A stretch of 64,000 nucleotides of DNA. It comes from Octopus vulgaris (lineage: Eukaryota). Below the pieces are notes generated by a model. The model had not been told where the DNA came from. It was given only the letters and a program-made list of their open reading frames with translations, and made no database searches. How positions within the stretch are numbered: position 1 is the first letter of the stretch; the number at the start of each line of letters is the position of its first letter. The stretch is from contig OX597816.1 in NCBI GenBank assembly GCA_951406725.2, positions 3,906,001 through 3,970,000 of the forward strand, written 5' to 3'. The position numbers and the translations under genes are program-made. This document shows, piece by piece, positions 40,966 to 54,210 of the stretch.

Positions 40966-41420
40966 GTGATGGTTTGTTGCCCACTTAATGTGGCAGTCCC
41001 AGGAAAGGGAAGAATGTTACTGCTATTTAGCACCAAGAAACACCGTTTCTCGTTGACTACGTGACACAAGCATTCTGTGTCCTTAACTTTTCAAACAAGG
41101 GAGATAAGTACCTCCACCCAACAAAGCCAGCATCCAGAGAATACCGACAGCTAGCAAACCAAGCTACTTCAGACTGATGAAGGACAACTACTCTGAAACT
41201 AGTCTCTGGTTGGAAGTGCTTATCTCCCCTGTTTGAAAACATAAGGACATAGAACGCGTGTGCCACGTAGCCAACTAGAAACGGTGTTTCTTGGGGCTAA
41301 ATAACAGTAGCATTCTTACCTTTCCTGGGACTGCCACGTTAAGTTGGCAACAAACCACCACTTTATCCTGCTTCTACTGTATAACTCTCTGAGAGATTTA
41401 GAAATGCAATATTTCTAATT
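40966..41420 (+). mobile_element. Fold-back element FB5 with a hammerhead in the loop
   Basis: ~155-bp imperfect inverted arms (40966-41120 / 41207-41361); tail motif GAGAGATTTAGAAAT..ATTTCT at 41391-41416. Confidence 0.85.
41170..41208 (+). ncRNA. Canonical minimal type-I hammerhead ribozyme
   Basis: CAGA-CTGATGA-AGG-N8-TCT-GAAAC-TA-GTC-TCTG; intact core, palindromic helix III (ACTAGT), predicted GUC cleavage after 41204. Confidence 0.8.
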
Positions 41421-42054
41421 ATCTGTTTACTGTCTTTGCTCTAACTTCATCATCCCTGTTTCTATTTACAACTGCATCGCTGATGGAGAATATTTTTCTT
41501 TTGCTTGAGTTTAGTTGTGTTTTGAAGTTGTTTCTTATGTTGTTGGTGTAGTTGCAAGTCTGAATTGTTGTCGCTGATGTTGCAGTGTCTTTCAGCTGCT
41601 TTTTGATCTTGTTTGTATTTGTGAGGTTTTTTCTGTTTTTGATTTTGATTCTGAAGTTGTAGACTTGCTTTTGTTAATGTTGTTGTCTCGGTATCAGTGA
41701 CTGCGGTGGAGGTGTTCGATGAATGGTACCAGTTTCTTCTACGTTTCCTCAAACCCTCAAGCATATTTTGTTGTGTCTGGGGAGAGTCATTCTCTTTTAG
41801 TTCCTTATTATTTAACACACTCACTGGTAAAGTTTCCACTCATTTATTTATTGTTCCTAAAATTCTCGTCGCTTCCTGCAACCTTTTCAATAGTCATTGA
41901 CTTTGTCCGTTATCCGAGTTGCGTTGAATGCCAGACAGAGGGGTCACACAGGAGAGCTAGGAAGAAGGGGAGATAATAAAGTAGTGGTGATCCCAAAACG
42001 AAAGTGCGCGTACTTTAATACGTATATATACATACACTTTTACATACATACACT

Positions 42055-42086
<32 letters not shown>

Positions 42087-42802
42087 CATACATACATACA
42101 TACATACATACATACATACACTCATGTGTGCGTTTGTTTGCATCCAAATATACTTGGAATCGCCAATGCACAGTTCCTAAAAATCACAATAGTGAAACGT
42201 ACGTAGGAACAAGTAATACAAACGTATTTGCGTGTGTGCCCGTGCGCTTGGGGTGGGGTGTTGCGTGTTTGCATGCCAGCATGCATGTTATCGGCAGTTT
42301 AACCTTGTATTAAATTGTCTTGACTGAACCTAACACCCATATATCGATTATAAAACTCGTCAGCTGCAAGTCAAATAGGCCGCCTCCCCAGCCTCCCCAT
42401 CTTATATGCAAACACTAACACACTAAGTCTCTTTCGCCATCGATGTTTTAATTTCTGTATACGGTATTCTAGTGCTTGTGCTAGGTTATATTGAAACATT
42501 AGTACCAACATGTTCTTTCAATATTTCTTGTAGCTGCTACAATTTTAAGTAGGCCGGTAACTGCTGAGTGCTTTACACAGCTCTATGCCAAAACTGGAAT
42601 CGGTAATTTCACACATATATCGAGCTGCGAGACGAATATCTTGTAGACTTGACTGGAGCTAGTTCACTTTCTGATATTAACGGGTACAAACCTCTGTTCG
42701 TGTGAGCGTCTAAGCGGATAAGTTGGGTGTTGAGAAAGGAGAGGGTGAAAGACAGAGGTGAGAATCAAGAGATTGAAATATAATCAGAATATTTCCCCAC
42801 CT

Positions 42803-42804
<2 letters not shown>

Positions 42805-42896
<92 letters not shown>

Positions 42897-43200
42897 CAGT
42901 TTTTGTTCTATCTATCTATTCACCTACCTACCTCCCTACCTACCTACCTACCTACCTACCTACCTACCTACCTACCTACCTACCTACCTACCTACCTACC
43001 TACCTACCTACATACATACATACATACCTACCTACCTACCTACCTACCTACCTACCTACCTACCTACCTACATACATACATACTTACTTACCTACCTACC
43101 TACCTACTACCTACATACATACATACTTACTTACCTACCTACCTACCTACCTACCTACCTACCTATCTATCTACCTGCTTATCTACCTACCTACTTACTA
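42805..43200. repeat. (ATCT)n/(ACCT)n/(ACAT)n compound microsatellite
   Basis: Direct observation. Confidence 0.95.
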
Positions 43201-43635
43201 ATCTATATACGCACCTACATACACACACACACTGAGCAATCGATGGCTGCATCGAATTCATAATAACTTGACTGACTGACACACACACAGCTTCGCTTTT
43301 AACGGAGACGATGTTGTGACATTCAAACTTTTACTGCTAGTATTAAGAAAAATAAAGAGAAGGCACTTACTAAATTTGGGGATCAAACCAACCCCTATAT
43401 AATCTGATACTTAAGCATATTAAGGGAATCGCATACGAGAATTTGAGATTTGGATTTTATCTTTTTCTATTTACTATTTATTTCCAATAATAACCATACA
43501 AATATGGTGAAATAAGTCCCAAATGAGATTTGAAATCGCATTACGGATGTTCCTTCTTCCGCGACCGCAAAATGGAGTTTTTTTTTGTATTTATATATAT
43601 AAAGACATTGTAGTTTACCTGTATGTATGTGTATA

Positions 43636-43877
<242 letters not shown>

Positions 43878-44614
43878 ATGTATATAAATGTGTTATAACA
43901 TTTGCGCGTGAGTAAGCTTTACTAATTCTCTTTGTGTGTTCTGTTTTGTTGATGGATGTATCTTTTGGTAAATGACTCCTTCCATCACCCCACCGCCCTC
44001 TCTCTCTCACGTACCCTTAATCTCTCACACTCTCTCTCTCTCTCTCTCTGTTTCTCTCTCCTCCTCCCAGCTGCACGTGCTAATATGGTCGGCTTCCTGG
44101 TGCTCATCGCCTAAACAACTGATACGATTTCAACACGAGTTGATAGCAGCACGTGGCAAAGCGATTTTCTTTCATTGTTTTCTCCGTCGGTGTTGCCGAT
44201 GGAAGAAATTCTCGTTCGCTTTCTTTCTTCTTCTTCTTCCTCTTCTTTCACTCTCTGTAGCGAGGCACACTCGGTACGAGATCAGTGCTGACACGTATAT
44301 TTTACATATTCTATTTTACCTTTGCTATGATTTTCTGTATTTCGTTTGAAGCGATTAATTAAATAAAATGGAAACGGAAGAAGGAAACAGAGGACTAAGG
44401 GAAGAAAAGGAAGGAAGGATAGAGAAAGAAAAGAAGAAAGAGTGGGAAAAGAAAGAAAATTCAAGTAATTACAAAGAGAAAAATCCATTCTGTAAAATTT
44501 GACAAATTCCTACATAACCTCACCTGTAATATCTAATTATATTATAAAATATAAACTTAATTGTTAAACTTAATTAAAACAAAAAGGTATTCTAAAAGAA
44601 TGAGTCAAAAAAAG

Positions 44615-44934
44615 TTTGCTTCTAGACCAAATGCTTCCAGGCTGAATCCCATGCGTGACATCTTGGAGAAATGTCTTCCACTATAGCTTCGGGCCCACCA
44701 GAAACCTTGAGAGTGGATTTGGTAGATGGAAACTGGAAGAAGCCCATCTGTGTATATATAGCAACACTGGACAAATATGGTGACTTTACACCTTTTTACC
44801 ATTAGAAAGAGTTATCTCCGAGGTAACTGCACTGAATTTGCCTTTTAGCAGTTGAAATATGTCAAACGTATTTTAACTAACCTAAACTTTGCTTATGTCT
44901 AAACACTGCTTGGAGATAATATTGCGGTAATGTT

Positions 44935-44965
<31 letters not shown>

Positions 44966-45110
44966 CTTTATTTGTCCCCCACTACCGCGTGACGACCGGT
45001 GTTGTTGTGTGTACGTCCCCGTAACTTAGCTGCCCGGCAAAACTGAGACCAGTAGAATAAATACCAGGCTTATAAAACCGTAAGTACTGGGGTCGATTCG
45101 TCCGACCAAA
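44615..45110 (+). mobile_element. Old SINE A interrupted at its internal microsatellite
   Basis: 5' half 44615-44750 and 3' half 44941-45110, separated by ~190 bp of unrelated sequence. Confidence 0.7.
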
Positions 45111-45566
45111 ACCCAAATTGACTGAAACAATTAAAATATGAAATATAAAAAAAAGGATGTTCTTTGAATTTCTTCTGTCTACCATTTATGAAAATACCTG
45201 GAAAATTAAGGAAATCTAATTTTCTAATAAATCATCAAGTGTTGCGACTTTGTCAAGGGATTCCAGTTTTAAGGAGAGATAAAGTAGGATTCATGAAGTA
45301 AAACTTTGTGTGTATTTAGCAATCCCACTCGACCAGAAAGTTAGAAGATAGAATCGAACTCGGAATATAGAAACATGTTACTGCAACATCACTTTTACTG
45401 ATTGGCCTTCTGTATTCGTAATGATAGTTTTAACATAGTCATAAGATCGTAAAGTTTGTGTGAAGGGTCAAAGCATCTCAATACTTGATAGCTATTTCCA
45501 TATTCTATCGACCCAGCGACGTAAAGAGAACCAGATGCCACAACGATATATTCGTTGCTTATTTAC

Positions 45567-45793
45567 GGCGAGCTGGCAGAAACGTTAACACACCGGGCGA
45601 AATGCTTAGCGGTATTCCGTCTGCGTTACGTTGTGAGTTCAAATTCCGCCGAGGTCGACTTTGCCTTTCATCTTTTCGGGGTCGATAAATTAAGTACCAG
45701 TTACGCACTGGGGTCGATGTAATCGACTTAATACCTATGTCTGTCCTTGTTTGTCCCCTCTGTGTTTAGCCCCTTGTGGGTAATAAAGAAATA
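45567..45793 (+). mobile_element. SINE C with 22-bp TSD
   Basis: TSD GATATATTCGYTGCTTATYTAC at 45545-45566 and 45794-45815. Confidence 0.92.
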
Positions 45794-46388
45794 GATATAT
45801 TCGCTGCTTATCTACAGCTGGAGCAAAACTATGATTCAAGACATTCTATACAGGTAGTCTTTGAGCATGCGCAGACTCCACACAACATGTCTCTCCATCC
45901 TATGACTTGAATTTCATCAGAAACGATTTCCAATTAGTCTGTTTGAAAATCTCCCTCCTAAATCCTTGCCCCAATAAATCTGTTCCTTCTTTGTCTCTCC
46001 TAATTCTTCAGACGATCAGGAATTATTTCACCAAGTCTTTTCTGCATTGAAATAAAAAGACATCTCACCTCTTCCATCTACCGAGACTGCTGTTGATTTT
46101 TAACTCTTATAACCCTTCATGACTCTCACACTCAACCGTCACCAATTCGTTCGAGGCAGAACCAGAATGTGTTACTATTCTCAACTTGGAGCACCGGCTC
46201 TATTGTTCACATCCTACCTGTATTCCAAACCGACACACTGTCAACCAACCCTTCGTTATTTCTCTGTCAAAATCTACCACGCCGTGCTTCTGTACTAATC
46301 AGGTAATCTGGAACTCAATCACATCCTTCCCTCTGTGTTCCCTATCTCACTTCTTGTCAGTCAACTAATTGGACCTCCAACAGTTACA

Positions 46389-46625
46389 TACCTATTTCTT
46401 TACTACCCACAAGGGGCTAAACACAGAGGGGATAAACAAGGACAGGCAAACGGATTAAGTTGATTATATCGACCCCAGTGCGTAACTGGTACTTATTTAA
46501 TCGACCTCGAAAGGATGAAAGGCAAAGTCGACCTCGGCGGAATTTGAACTCAAAACGTAGCGGTAGACGAAATACCGCTAGGCATTTCGCCCGGCGTGCT
46601 AACGTGTCTGCCAGCTCGCCGCCTT
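46389..46625 (-). mobile_element. SINE C with 10-bp TSD
   Basis: AACAGTTACA at 46379-46388 and 46626-46635. Confidence 0.92.
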
Positions 46626-47646
46626 AACAGTTACACACCACTTATCCCCGGAAGCACACTTGCTTCAATCCTTCCCAATCGGAAGCAATTGCTCTTTTGG
46701 CTGACATTATTTTTCTTGACACGGTACATTGCACACAGCAAAATCTCAATGCCCCAAATACTCCAAATACTTAAAGATGCACTGTAGTTATTCACGCAGA
46801 AAAGGTCTACAACTCTTGAAAAATCACGTCTTCTCCCTCAACCTGGGGTCCCTTCTCATAGCGAAGCAACTCTAGTCAGAACAGTCAGGTGTGCAAAAGA
46901 CTTGAAAAATCTCGCATACTCCCTCAATCTGGGGTCCCTTCTCATCGCAAAGCAACGCTGGTCAGAACAGTCTGGTGTGCAAAAGTTGCGTTCACGCGTG
47001 CCACGTCTCTCAAGCTTTTTGCCGATCCCTGAACCACAACCGATTTCATTAAACTTTGGCTAAAATAATCTCCACCAATTACGTGGAGATCTCTTTCTCT
47101 CCTATTCTCAACAACGATGGCTCCCTAAGCAGTACCGCCATGGAGAAAAACCTTCCTCTTTACCGTTGTCCGCATTTTACTCAACTCAATAAAAGTTGTT
47201 TCGCCTCCATGTCTTAACCCCTTTCACCCCACAAGGCCACTCACTCAAGAGAAAGTTGGAAGGTAGAAGTATCAGAGAGTAGCATGTTATAGTGTTTCGA
47301 TAGAGCTGTAGTGTATTCTGATATGGAAACATGGTCGTCCTGCAAAACATGTAACAGTAATACATGCTGAGAGCATGGCAACAAGATACGTCAATCGAAC
47401 TGTTTATTGAAAGCCATTAATGTGAAGTACATAAAGAAATTAAATCACTGATTACATGTCAGCAGCAGCTGTAGAGTTAAAGGAAACCAGCTGATGCCTT
47501 TATTTGTTCGTTATCAGTATTTATTTGACACTTGATGTAAGTGGAGAAACAACGATGGATTCAGTTGATTGTATTTATAAAAAAACAGACGATGGGAATT
47601 TAATGGAATATTTGAATGCCAGCTGAAGACTTTACTTTCAGTATAT

Positions 47647-47678
<32 letters not shown>

Positions 47679-47719
47679 AACAACAATGATGATTATAATA
47701 ATAATAATAATGATAATAT

Positions 47720-48287
47720 GCCCGGATGCAGTACCAGGCAGTGGCTCTCATGGCTTCTCATCTTAACTGATTGGAAGTGTTATCATCTACATTGTTTTGT
47801 CTTGATATAAAAAGATGGGCTACAGCAAATATTCTACTCAATACCACAGATTTGCTCGTCAGTTGTTTGACCTTAACTAGTTGAGCATGTCCCTTAGTGG
47901 CTGACGATATGTGCATCTCTGATCATGAGCAGAAGTAGTGGGGGAGCATCATAGCCATGTGTTGAAAGGAAAAGTTGGAGGTTTGGGTAATTCACCTGTG
48001 GAAACATGGGTGTTTCGTTCAACATCCTTAAACAATCCTTATTCAGGGACCTTTTGAGTGGGATGGGTTACTCGACCAGAAGAAAATGCTAACTGAGTCT
48101 CCACCTGCAAGGTCATTCGCTGTTTATGTTGATATGAGATCACCATGTCCCACACATATGGTTGTGATGCATGTGCCTGGTGTACCCTTATCAGACGGGT
48201 AGTCATGATGGGTATACTGGGCTTCGTATATTTTACCCCAGTTTCACTTTGATGGCATGCACTGTTCTCTCACTCAATAATAATAAT
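47720..48287 (+). mobile_element. Element H: ~560-bp non-coding retroposon with (TAA)n tail
   Basis: Follows an (AAC/AAT)n tract and ends CACTCAATAATAATAAT; second copy at 36140-36486; no obvious tRNA head or ORF. Confidence 0.65.
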
Positions 48288-48437
48288 GCATGAATTGCTG
48301 TCGCACAGCTCCTCTATAAATGGAATTTTGGAATTAATTTTATACAGAATTATTGAAAATAAGTTTTTGTATTCAGTTTGCATGATTCTTGATGCGCATT
48401 GGAGTGTTGGATTATATTTTGTTCTATTTCGGGAGAG

Positions 48438-48740
48438 TCATTATGCCAATAATAAAAACATGCACTGATTCTATTTCCCTTCTTGTTAATTGGTTAAATA
48501 TTGAAACGATTGTTTGATTAATCTTCCGGTTTGTCAAAGGTATTTCGTCGTCATTCGTGACCCTATCAACAACATGCTCTCTCTCTATGTTATGCCTATT
48601 TCAGACCTGTCAGTGACGAGACGAACTGATTGATTTCTTAACGAAACAATTAACCAAACAGCTCATCAACTAATTGGTTAAATAATTAACCAACTAACAG
48701 TGAAATAGCAGAGGTGCATGGGTTGTTATTGGCACAATGG
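48438..48740. repeat. Degenerate inverted repeat (MITE-like)
   Basis: CATTATGCCAATAAT..CATGCAC..CTATTTC..TGTTAATTGGTTAA vs TTAACCAACTAACAGTGAAATAG..GTGCATG..GTTATTGGCACAATG. Confidence 0.6.
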
Positions 48741-50327
48741 CATTTCCAAGATACAAAAAGACAAAAAAAAAACAACTCAAAAAGTAACATAATAAAGACA
48801 GCAAATAAGTATTCGCTGATGTGAATAAAATGAATAAACATTTGGAGCTTTAAAAGATTCATAACAAAATTTCAAAGCGAGAATTCCAAGAAATATTCCT
48901 GTGGGGAGATGGAAGAATACAATAATTACTTTATAGATAAATTGATTATTTGTCCATTGAGTATTTCCTGGATTAAACGAAACACAACCAGGAAAGATGA
49001 TTAATAAGAGATTGAATGGAGACAAGTATATTAGTAGAACATCGTTGAGTGGTGGGGAGAATAAAACAATCTGAGAAATTAGAATATAGAATCATTTGGT
49101 ATTGAAAAGATTATGCATAGCTTTTGGATGGAAATATTTGCAACACGTGTGGTACGACCTGCTGTTTAATAGTTGTAAACGATGTACGTTATAAAGTTGT
49201 AGAGCCAAGTAATTAATGGCTATGTTTATTTCACTACATTTTTAGGTCTTTTCTGCCATTAAGGGAAAACATCAACATCACGATCTGAGAAGTGAGTTTC
49301 TAAATGCAGAAGGTAAATCCTCATTGAAATCTAACAAAGAAAAACAAATATTATATTACGGACGTGGATATTTTCCAAAAGACGTGATGGTCATGACGGA
49401 TGTGATTTAGGCAAGAGTGTTCTTCAATGATTATTCAAATGAAACTAAGGATATTGCCTTTAATGTCAGGACTTCGAGTTCCTCCACCCATTTTCGACAA
49501 TACTTCTAGAATTATTAGTAATTTTGAAACTTTTAAGGTGAGACACTTCTATTGCACACTCATTGAATGGATCCAGGTGAAAAACTGAGTAAGCTCTGCG
49601 TGTAAAAATAACAAGATGTCCAATGATGAAAATAGTAACCCGTACAGGCTGTTGATTTTGTGTGACTGGTGCAAACTGTATATTCAAAATTTATCACCAA
49701 TTAGTAGTTTGGGTGTTTTAACCAAAGATGGTATCAGTAAATAAATAAAAATAACAATGAATTATATTAATACAATACTTTATTCGCTTACGTACGTTTC
49801 AAATGATCTGGCATGCTTAATCTGTTAAATATTGTGATTTGTGTGCTTAAGCGATCCATTGATTGATAAATTAATTAAAACACTTACAGAACATTTGTCT
49901 CCCGAGTAATTCTTATCAAAATCTTTATATATATTGAAGAATTGTCATTTCGTATGAGATAACATTATAATTAATCAATGCTTAGAACCCCATGTAACTC
50001 GTTTTATATCCAAATTCTAGTCGAGTTTTAATCACTATTTCTCCAGCGATTTATATGCATTTAAATGACTTGAGTAGTTTACAAAACGTAGATCCGGCAG
50101 CTCTAATTTAGCATAGCCAACGGAAAGATATGGGTAAAGAATAATGGATCGGATTACTATTTTCTGTTGAAGAACAAGCATTTCAACGTTGTTAAGCAAT
50201 CGACTACATACAATATTGCCGCATAACAAACTGGTATCCGTGAGTGAAACACCTGTAAAGACTGTGTAATTTATAATGTTATGATAAAAAAAAACGACTT
50301 TCCTTTCCTGCTTGATTCTAATCTCAG

Positions 50328-50380
<53 letters not shown>

Positions 50381-50383
<3 letters not shown>

Positions 50384-50708
50384 TTATTAAATCTCAGAAC
50401 GAGATGTAAACAGTAATCGCTCGACAATGTAAAGTATTATAGCCATCTTAATATGGCTAACCACAAAAGGGGGTGTTACTGTAGCTTTTTAGCCCCAGGA
50501 GATCATCGTCTCCAGCTGGCTTTAGACACAATTTCTGTGCCCTTATGGTATTTGCAATACCAATACCAGAAAGGGGTGGCCTCCCTTTGCAAATACCATA
50601 AGGGCATAGAAACTGTGTCTAAAGCCAGCTGGAGATGATGATCTCCTGGGGCTAAAAAGCTACAGTAACATCCCCCTTTGTGGTTAGCCATATTGAGATG
50701 GCTATAAT

Positions 50709-50714
<6 letters not shown>
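50381..50714 (-). mobile_element. Fold-back element FB6 inside (TA)n
   Basis: ~128-bp arms (50430-50557 / 50587-50714) with about 6 transition mismatches and a 29-nt loop; minus-strand tail CTGAGATTTAATAAT leads into (TA)n. Confidence 0.9.
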
Positions 50715-50778
<64 letters not shown>

Positions 50779-50781
<3 letters not shown>

Positions 50782-50900
50782 CTGTAGAAGAACGTAGTCT
50801 CGAAACGTAAAAGACTTTTTCCATTCCTGAACGTTATACTAATACATTTGTTTGTTTTGTACACCACCTGTCTTCGTCTTTTGTTTTTTTCGTAAACTCT

Positions 50901-50903
<3 letters not shown>
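50779..50903 (+). mobile_element. Family F element between (TA)n tracts
   Basis: TTT-CTGTAGA-AGAACGTAGTCTC-GAAAC-GTA-AAAG. Confidence 0.75.
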
Positions 50904-50966
<63 letters not shown>

Positions 50967-51742
50967 CACGAGGGGTCAGTGTTTCTGCTTGCTTATATAG
51001 TATAATATTAGAAAATGGTTTGGGGTAGGACAAAAAATTTTTCGTTAGATCAGATTCTGTCAATTTTTGCAAAAGCTCTATATTAATATTAAACTAGCTG
51101 TATCTAAATAATGCATTTGTGTTTTCCTAAGAATAATGCGCATGTATATCCTTACGTACATACAAATATGCACCATACATATATAAACATGGATGTATAT
51201 ATACGTATAGGCACACACATACAGATGTGTATAGGTGTTGGACTGTTGACGTAGCAATCCTTCATACATCCAACACTCTGCTACCTAGAGATATCTTGAG
51301 ATGAATATTGATAAACGGGATTTTATCTCCAAGCTACAACATTCATATCTCTCTACCTGTCTTTTATTAATACCACAGAATACACAGACACACACGCACA
51401 AACACACAAAATCTCACATACCCATATATCATATATTTTAATAATATATATATATATATGTATATAATATATATAAATATGTATGTATGTATATATATAT
51501 ATGTGTGTATGCATTAAAATATATATGTATGTGTATGTGTGTTTGTGTCTGTCGTCGTGTACGAGTGTGTGTACAGGAATAAGTGTGTCTATATTTCAGT
51601 GTTTCTTGTGCGTCTACTTGGCAGATGTAAGCTTCTTAAGAAGCTTACTCGTGGCAAGTTCGACGATTTATTCGTCGAACCAGAAGGATAGTTCTTAAAA
51701 CAAAAGTTTCACATCTCAGCTATCGACAACTTGTAACACACA

Positions 51743-51791
<49 letters not shown>

Positions 51792-52019
51792 AGAAAATGG
51801 ATGCCATGCTGACGAAAGCTCTTCTTTATACTGAAAGCAATGGAGAAAATTCTTATTCATTTTATTGAGATTTTTACTACACGACTGGTTATACAATGAC
51901 ATCTATCTTTCAACAAAATTTGAGAGGAATTGTTCCTAAGAAAACAATATCATTTCGACATTTATCATATATTAATTAAAGGGTACGCGTTTATATATAT
52001 ATATATATATATATATATG

Positions 52020-52230
52020 AAGTTAATCCAAACAAGAAAACAAAAAACACAACAACCCAAGGACGTGGAACAAATAAAGTATTATTGGACGCTCAGGAAA
52101 GAAGGGAAGAAGGAGGGTTCAACGTTTCGAGCGGAGCTCTTCGTCGGAAACATAGGAGAAGGAAAGATCCCGAGAAGGGAAGACAGAGGAAAAGAAATCG
52201 CCAGTGGTACTCACGAGGTCACATATTGAA
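52020..52230 (-). mobile_element. Family E element
   Basis: Reverse complement of 13958-14157, including the HHR-like motif. Confidence 0.8.
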
Positions 52231-52381
52231 AAAAGGGGAGGAATAGGGGGTGGCATGGAACTTCAAGAGAAAGCCACGGGGTGTGACGTGATGGCGGAGG
52301 CAACGGCTGAGGATGGAGAGATGGCTATATATGTATATATATATATGAATATACATATATACATACGTATATATGTGTGTG

Positions 52382-52428
<47 letters not shown>

Positions 52429-53673
52429 TTATATATATGTGTGTATGCATGCATCTATCTATCTATATACACATACACATACACATACACGTATGTGCGT
52501 ATATTTATACGCGTATATGCCTTCTTTGTTTTGCAAAATTGTTGATGTGAATTCGTGTGTCGAAAAACCAATATTGTTATACTAGGGGATGGTCATATAT
52601 CACCAGTTAAACACACGCTCGATATATTTGTTCTTCACTTCAGGTTTATTCTTATATTCTTAGATGATCATTATTTTAGTTTCTTTAACAAAAGGAAACA
52701 CGTGAAATAGAGAGTCGTGCACGTGGTCATAGCAAGTGCGACAAAAAAAAGCTAAAATAATATGAATACAGCTGAAGTGAAAACCAAATATACAGAACGT
52801 GCGTTTAGTTGGTCACATTTAACCATCTCTAAGTAGAACAATATATATGCGTTCAAAAGCACATCAACTACTCTGATATACTTGAAAAGTAAACCGTGCT
52901 ATCGTGATAAAAATAGTAAGCAAATCTTCCTCAAACCATGACTTAGAAAAGTTACTATTGAAAGAAATTCGTTCCATACTCTTGATGTGGGATTTTTTCA
53001 TTTCGTGAACACCTCGCAAAGTCAACAGATTTTTATTTCAGTTGGCAAGACTCCAACTTCCTGATCGACCATAGCTTCTCCGCGACCATCGACAACATCT
53101 CAAAAACAATTATTCAAAGTAGTCGAACCGAAAAGCGGGTCTTTTCTCGTTCACAGCTTCATCTTGGTACTTCAACAGTTTTAAACATTGTTGGCTTCTC
53201 CAGCAATAACTGAAGTCAAAAGGGGATTTCATCAGCCATAATTAGGCCCTAACAGCATTTTGGCACTAAACCAAACCCCAGCTCTTGAAGGAAAAGCTTA
53301 TGAACGACTCTCCTTCAGTCAATACGAGGATTTTCTCTGTTGAAGACCTCATCTCCTGACTCAGAAGCTCCAGGGACTCTGTGGAAGATATTTAACCGTC
53401 GTAAATTTATTTTCTCCATTAAGTTTTCTTCATGCTCTGATCTAACTTTGGCTTCATAAACAATTTAGTTTATCAAACACAAGGGTTTCGACAACTACTA
53501 CTGGAAGTGGGCCCCTGGTGGGACTTACGTATGATGATGTTCTTCATATCGGGGCAACAGTCGGTCGTCTGAATTCCTTAACGAGCTTCCACTAAAACAA
53601 TCTTTCTGTATATAAGTGTATGCGGGTGTGAAAAATTATGTATTTATGTGTATACACACATGCATGTCTGTAT

Positions 53674-53852
53674 CACTAGCGATTTTTTTCCTCTGTCTTC
53701 CCTTCTCGGGATCTTTCCTTCTCTTATGTTTCCGACGAAGAGCTCCGCTCGAAACGTCAAACCCTCCTTCTTCCCTTCTTTCCTGAGCGTCCAGTAATAC
53801 TTTATTTGTTCCACGTCCTTGCGTTGTTGTCTTTTTGTTTTCTTGTTTGGAT

Positions 53853-53926
<74 letters not shown>

Positions 53927-54145
53927 CATATATATATTTTCAGTATGTGACCGCGTGTGTGTCGTTGGCAATTTCCTTTCTCCGTCTTCCCTTCTTTGGA
54001 CTTTCTCTATATTTCTGACGAAGAGCTCCGCTCGAAACGTGAAGTCCTCCTCCTTTCTTTCTTTTCCTGAGCGTCCAATAACACTGTACTTCTTCCACGT
54101 CCTCACGTTGTTGTATTTTCTCTTTGATCCTGTTTGGATTAACTA
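53674..54145 (+). mobile_element. Two family E elements in tandem, separated by (TA)n
   Basis: 53674-53858 (CCGACGA..GAAACGTC-AAAC) and 53945-54145 (CTGACGA..GAAACGTG). Confidence 0.8.

Positions 54146-54210
<65 letters not shown>

Noticed and set aside
45950-47220. Old LINE endonuclease/RT remnant
   Set aside because: Composition is suggestive but I could not read any reliable motif.
49466-49687. Possible Cys-rich exon on the minus strand
   Set aside because: No recognisable domain, stops nearby, no convincing splice pair.
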